Positions 57,701 to 64,000 of a stretch of 64,000 nucleotides of DNA are shown here, piece by piece. Made by a program: the position numbers and the translations under genes. Positions within the stretch are counted from its first letter, which is position 1, and every line of letters begins with the position of its first letter. Under the pieces are notes generated by a model, which saw only the letters and a program-made list of their open reading frames with translations, was not told the DNA's origin and ran no database searches. The stretch is from the human T2T-CHM13v2.0 reference genome, Homo sapiens, in assembly GCF_009914755.1 (NCBI RefSeq), contig NC_060942.1; one strand, written 5' to 3'.

Positions 57701-59704
57701 CACAAAAGCTCTTAAATATCTGTGTTTACTCTATGTCAGGCATGGATTTTTGTCACTTATACCAACTGGCTGGCGCGGACAGCCTCTTTCCTCCTTTCTC
57801 CATTCTTCACCACCCGCCTCCCCCCATCCCCACAACCACAACGGGGCTTTGAAAGAGCTAAAGATTCTATTTTTCCAATATTTAAAAGAGATAGCAGTGA
57901 TGAACAAACCCGGCGCGTTCACTGCGGAATTTTCGAGACAACCCTCCGGTACTAGAATGCGACAGCCGCTGCGGATATTTTTTGGCACAAAGACAATGGT
58001 GGCAGTGCCAAGCCCCATGGCTAAAACTACTCAAAAGAGGCATAAGGGTAGCATTAATCGCTCAAGTCTTTTACTGCATGGAGTACTGTTGTCCATATTT
58101 TTAAAACTAAAAGTACCCGTTAGTAACATTTGTTGTATGCCCATAAAGATGGGGTTGGTGCGGGGGGCGGGGGGAGATTCTGAAATATATACCAGAAACA
58201 AATCTTGTCAGGCATTTGATTCATTTTTATACCTAAAAGGACCAAATGTTAAATTTTGCTGCTGGTGACGATTTGCCGTGCATGAAATGAATATGACCTA
58301 ATGGAGTACACGAAGGGCTGAATGAAAGCTATAGAGAGGATTTCATAAACTAAGTCGACATATTGGCTAAACAACTTTCTTCTGCAAAAATGATGTATAC
58401 AAGGGAACATGTAATACTATGTCACAATTTTTTAAATTAAACAAGGAAAACGCTGTAAATGAGCAGACACAACATCCGTCAATCAATCCTTCTGGAGACA
58501 AAGGAGATCAACATGCAGCCCCGTCTACAGAACAAGTCGGCATCTCCAGTGAGCAAACAGTCCAGGAAGTCAACATGTGTTCTGTCCAAATCGAACCCGT
58601 CCGCTGCTAAAGCCTATATTTAAATTTGATTATTAAAAATGGCACCAAATGGCAATCAATAAAGGATTCACTTGCTTCCCCTGGCCCAGAAAAACTAATA
58701 TGAGCAGGAAAGGCAAGCAACTTCCATATAAAAAAAAAAAAAAAAAAGTCAATGTTTTGCTGATCTATTCAACAATCTTTTATCTTGCTGTCCCAAGAAG
58801 GAGCAGGAAAATTTGCTTTTTATTTGAGGGTGATATGGTTAACAAATGTCTATAGAATTTCAAATTGAATATTTTTATATTCTTGTATTATCAGCCATTT
58901 GACTTCCAATTTTTCTTCCGATACATCCATGGTATCCTATTGTAAGGGAACTGGGTGACAATGAAAATATTACATGAAGGGAAAAAAATGATCTCATAAA
59001 TCCATTCCACTCATAGGGATACTTCTAAGAAGGATCACCTTTGGTAGATTACTGCCCCTGGATACACATGACAGTTCTAAACCACCTAGAAAGAGCTAGA
59101 GACAGACGAGCAACTTATCAATAAAATGATTTCTAGAGATAAGCTCTAACAGAGATGATCCCTCTTGTGGTTGACCAGTAGGATAATAACAGGGTCATGT
59201 TTGGTTGTGTAGCCTTTCATTTGTAAAATGCCACTTTAAAAATTATATATAAATGGTAGGTGTTTCACCCACCGCTGAAATAGATTCATCTATATGGGAG
59301 AATATATCATCCCGTGAAACGCCTTGATGAAAAATTATCTGATGCTGCAGGACAACACCAAGCAAGGCTGTTTCACTGTTAATCCTCATTCTGGGAACTG
59401 AAGAATGAGCCTTTTGTTCCCTGGCATCAGACTAGGGAACTCATCATAAACATGTTTGACTCAGAATAAATTTCTGTCCCCATCCCCAGTCCCATCCATC
59501 TCTGATTACCCTGTGAATCTATATATATGTAGAAAGGACTAGTTCATTAAACAACAACTGAACTTTTTAGTAGTTCTGAACACATACATGAGGTTATTAT
59601 TTACAGTCCTTCATCGTTTCCATGCCTGCCTTTTCCTTCCCTGTCCAAATAAGAATAGCTGTGTCCTTATCATGTATTAACCACTGCTCAAAGCTCTACA
59701 TAAA

Positions 59705-59880
59705 ATGATTCATTCAATCTGCACAACCCCATAAGGCAGGTAATAGAAACACCATTTTGCAGATGAGGAAACTGAGATCTAGAAAATTGCCCACAGCCAC
59801 ACAGGTACAAGTGACAGAGCCAGGATTCAAACCCTGGCAGTTTGTTTGCCCAGACTGTGCTCTTAGCACTATGCTATGCT
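59705..59880 (-). mobile_element. MIR SINE
   Basis: ccattttgcagatgaggaaactgag...ttgcccacagccacacag...agagccaggattcaaaccc. Confidence 0.85.
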
Positions 59881-60454
59881 GCTGGTGTTTAAACTCTGGG
59901 GGAAAAAAAAAAAAGTATAAATAAACTAGAGGCCCGACACTGAAGACTCTCAAATCCCAGAGCTCAAAACACTCATGAATTTGATATGAAATTAATGAAA
60001 GTGTCTTATAGGCAATGATAATTTACATTTACATGGTGTTTTATTCCTAAAAGGTCTCTAGGTACTTTATAGCTGCACAAATGATACACATGGATTCTGT
60101 GACATCTTACAATAAACTGCCACCATCTCCGCACATTAACACAAAGCAACTAATTAACAAAAACATGGCAGAAAACTGCATTTCTACACCTCTATGTGAA
60201 GACTATGTCTTTGTATTAAGATGTACAGAAGAGTAAAAGTAAAAATATAATTATAATACAGGACAACCCAGCATCACTCAGTGTCATCTATAGAATAGTG
60301 ATCCCACAACGGGCTCCAAAAACCAAAAGGGAGACTAATTAAAAGAATCTACGAACTGTTACAAGCTATTGCCCTGCCCCCCAACAGATTTACATTGTAT
60401 CTAGCATGTTAAAGACTCTTGAGAAGTACTGCAGTTAAGACATTTAATTCAGGG

Positions 60455-60585
60455 TTTTCTTTTTTTTTAATGAGATGGGGTCTCACTATGTTACCCAAGG
60501 TGCTCTCTAACTCCTATGCTCAAGGATTCTTCTGCACTGCTCTCCAGAGGAGCTGGGATCACAGACATGAGACACTGTACTTGGC
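60455..60585 (-). mobile_element. Alu monomer (FLAM-like)
   Basis: T-tract followed by gagatggggtctcactatgttacccaagg...gctgggatcacagacatgag. Confidence 0.8.
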
Positions 60586-61569
60586 TTTCAATTTAGTTTT
60601 ATACAATGTTTCCTAAACTGACTTGAGCATACATGCCCGTCCCCATCTTTTTTGTGTCTATTAATACAAGAGCTGATGACCTTTCAGAACTACTATTATT
60701 TACAACTTAACACTAAGAATATATCAGGTTACTATATATTTGTAGTTTTCTATCAGATAAATGATGTAGGTTCAAAAATTAAATTTTTATTTTATTTAAA
60801 TTGATATGAAAACATTTTGACTATTTAATTTGCTGGTTTCTATTGGCTTATATGTCTTACGGTAATCTGTGGCCATGCAGGTATAGCTTCATTGTTCTGA
60901 CTAGCTAGTCAACTTTACTCCTGATCCCAGTTTGGAGGTGAGACTCTGGGTTTACAAAAAAGCAGAAGCTGACATTATTCTTTCAATTTCCAACATTTCA
61001 GAGAAGAGTACTGGTTCTCTCCTACAGAATCTTACGATACAGGGACAACTCTGCCTTCATCCACAGTCATTTAAAAATCTAAATGTAAAATAAATTTGTG
61101 CTAAAAGAATTACAACTCCATTCCAGCAAATAAACTAGTCATCCAACAACCTAGGAAATCCTATAAAGACAAATGGGGGAAAAGGTAACTAACTAGGCAC
61201 ATAGCTTGTATGTATCAAGGGATAATGAAAAATGGGCAGTAAACCATTTTTTTCTGGAAAAGACTGGCATTAACTCTCTCTTCCGCTGATGTTCTTTTAG
61301 TCCTAAAAATAGAATACTCAGTAATGGCCTATAGCTCTGATCCCACTGGAAATTGGGGAGTTTTGGCTGCATTTCATCACTGATTCCCCTCATCTCATCT
61401 AGGCATTGTGCTGCCTTTAACACAGTGTGGGTACTGAAACCCCAGATAGTATCTTAAGGTGCCACCAAAAGTCTTCACTTCAGGGCTCTGCCTAAGTGAA
61501 GAATTTCAGATTCTATATTCAATTCTCCATAGAGCACTTATATTTGTAATGCACTATCTCGCATGCAAA

Positions 61570-61770
61570 TTTAACTTACATTATTTAAGGCAACACACCC
61601 TAAAAGCTCATTAAATGGGCATTTTAGTCCATGTTTTTATAGACGAAGTCACTAAAATTAAGGGTAACCAGCTCATATAGTTAAAAAGGCTGCACAGATA
61701 TGAAGTGGTGAAGTTAGCACACAGACCTCCAGTTCCAGTACCAAGGCTTTCCCACAATATGCCACCTCCG
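61570..61770 (-). mobile_element. MIR SINE (degenerate)
   Basis: attttagtccatgtttttatagacgaagtcact...ctttcccacaatatgcca. Confidence 0.45.
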
Positions 61771-62811
61771 TTTGGAGTTTTCTAGATGTATCATTATTAG
61801 TGCCTACTGTAGCAACAACCATTGCCTTCTCACTACCGTAATCCTCTCCCCAAATAATTTAAACTCAATTCATAAAGTCAAAGAGTTCTCAAGTTCCATG
61901 ATGGATGAAAATGTCCGAATCGATAAGCATTTTGAGTGAACATCCTACAGTCCATCAAAAACTACCTTTTCAGTGCAGAATAAAAATATTGTCCTAGATG
62001 ATTTCACATGGCCCAGACAACAACAACCAAAATCAGCCCCTCACTTGGCATCCTGCTTAGGAGAAGTACACACATTATCAAATTAAAGCACATGAGTTTT
62101 ATGCTTGATTTTCCGAACGCAGGAAAATCTTTCATTGAAAATAACACTAATTCCACAGAGTGTGCAATTAATCAACATAATCATGGGGATAACTTAGCTG
62201 TTTGGGGAGGTGTGTCAAATAACTCTTTAAGGCCACTAAAGTACCACTTGAACCACCAAAGTAATGATTTTCTGAATCAGCAATTTGTACAAGGGTCCCC
62301 TAGAGACCTGAAGGACTAAGGGCAACCCTGAAATCACTCAACTTACTTCTAATGAGTAACTTACCATTGGCTTTATGTGAATAACATCTTCACAGTGATG
62401 CCTACCCTATCTTATATTTTTACTGCAGTTTGAGTCTATGATAATTGGATATAACCAAGGCAATTAAGGACTTGTGTGGTCTTAGAAAAAACAGCATATG
62501 CATTTGAAAGCTTATTTTTTATTCAAAAGAACATAATAGTTTTTCATATAAAAATGAAAAAAAGCTCATCTTGCAATACATGCTAAAGGTGTCAAAAGCA
62601 CGCAGAAATAAAATATTTTCACTATGTTCTTAGGCAGAAGGAAGACTTGTGATGAGATGGTGAGTGTGGAGAAAAGCAATTTCCTCAAATTCAATTCATG
62701 GCTAAGAAACCTTGCTGATCAGGAGAATTATCAGCAAGACTTTTCCTAAAAACAGATTCCTGGGTTCTCTTCTCCATGGTACGTGAATTCGGTAGAGTCT
62801 GGCATTCTCTC

Positions 62812-63119
62812 TTTTTATTTTTATTTTTTTCTTTTTAAGACAGAGTCTCACTCTGTTGCCCAGGCTGGAGTACAGTGGCATGCAGTCTCAGCTCACTGCA
62901 ACCTCCATCTCTTGGATTCAAGCAATTCTCCTGCCTCAGCCTCCCGAGTAGCTGGGATTACACGCATGTGCCACCACATCCGACTAATTTTTGTATTTTT
63001 AGTAGAGATGGGGTTTCACCATGTTGGTCAGGCTGGTCTTGAACTCCCGACCTCAAGTGATCTACCTGCCTCAGCCTCCCAAAGTGCTAGGATTACAGGC
63101 ATGAGCCACCATGCCCAAC
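62812..63119 (-). mobile_element. Alu (AluS), inserted in a MER5-like element (about 62705-63190)
   Basis: Antisense dimer. The flanks acagattcctggg...gtgaattcggtagagtctgg and ccactggttattctgacc resemble MER5. Confidence 0.93.
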
Positions 63120-64000
63120 AGATTTTTTTTTCTTGCAAATAAAATTCCACTGGTTATTCTGACCAGCTAGGGAGACAAGCAACCAATTTAAGTGATAGGC
63201 ACAGCTCTATAGGTTACATTAGCTAAAACTCCAATAGACCTGGTAACATGGTAGATAACAAAAAGTAGATTACTACTAGCACTCACCTATTTACGCAGAG
63301 TTTTTTAAAAGACAAGGACTTGTTGATCCCCAAGGTCATTTCAGACAGTTACATTTCATGGGTTAGAGAAACCTTTCTCTGGCAGCGTGCTAGGCCTTTA
63401 AATGTGCTCATCTCCAATAATGAAGGCTGTTTTTTTTTTTTTTAAGAAATCGATTTTACATTGCCAAATCGATTCCCCTAATAAACAACAGTATCCCAAA
63501 ATATGAGAATCCCGGAGTTTTGTTAAGGTTGCTCCTCATTGATCAGACCCACTGGCCCGCTGCTCTGAAAGCATCTCTCTTCTATCTCAAGAGTGGATGT
63601 CACCTTTAGAATCCAGGATCCAACTCTAGTGAACCTGACCTGGTTCGTTCATTTAAAAGGGTCCTTCTACCCCTTCTCTGTCCACGTTCTGTGGAGGCAT
63701 GACAAGTCCACAGTGAGGGAGAAAATCCGGTCCTTTCCCTTTCATTGGAGGAGATGGGTGACATTTCTGGCTGAATGTAATAGAGACAACATCATCTGGG
63801 CAAGACTTTGGTGCCTGGCTAAATATTTTGGAATTTATTGGAAAATATGAAGGAAATCAGCAGCCGCATTTCACCACACAAATCACTTTTAATCATAAAT
63901 TATATGCTGCTCACTTAACTGAATGTTCCACCAGAGTCTTAGCAACAGTCAATGTAAAAGATAAAAATGATACAACTCTAAATAAGCCACAGTGAGATGG

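Noticed and set aside
57690-58268. 192-aa plus-strand ORF
   Set aside because: No recognisable domain, antisense to TCF4 and no evident exon structure. It is probably a chance ORF; Ribo-seq or PhyloCSF support would be needed.

Overview
This is primate (almost certainly human) genomic DNA from inside the TCF4 gene (E2-2/ITF2, a class I bHLH E-protein), which is transcribed on the minus strand. Three canonical coding exons are readable with GT-AG boundaries and consistent phases: 54534-54598 ([21 protein letters not shown]), 1974-2103 ([43 protein letters not shown]) and 1459-1508 (EVQTKKVRKVPPGLPSS). I recall these as RefSeq exons 6, 7 and 8. An alternative coding first exon (54701-54794, MKDIFFQFIIARVRKCYSLSCLHTLPVVPTL) splices in frame to exon 6, and a cluster of donor sites at 52.0-54.0 kb fits internal non-coding first exons. 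The remainder is mostly a 52.4-kb intron containing about 22 Alu elements or fragments, old L1, L2, MIR, an MLT1 LTR, MER DNA transposons and microsatellites. I found no evidence for a new gene family or novel biological system. The most interesting observations are a tail-to-tail inverted Alu pair with a 2-nt spacer and a shared non-consensus base, a candidate poison or terminal exon whose stop overlaps AATAAA, a perfect RFX X-box, a near-consensus CTCF site next to an antisense CCAAT/TATA arrangement, and paired E-boxes that could be autoregulatory. Repeat subfamilies and boundaries were called by eye and are approximate.
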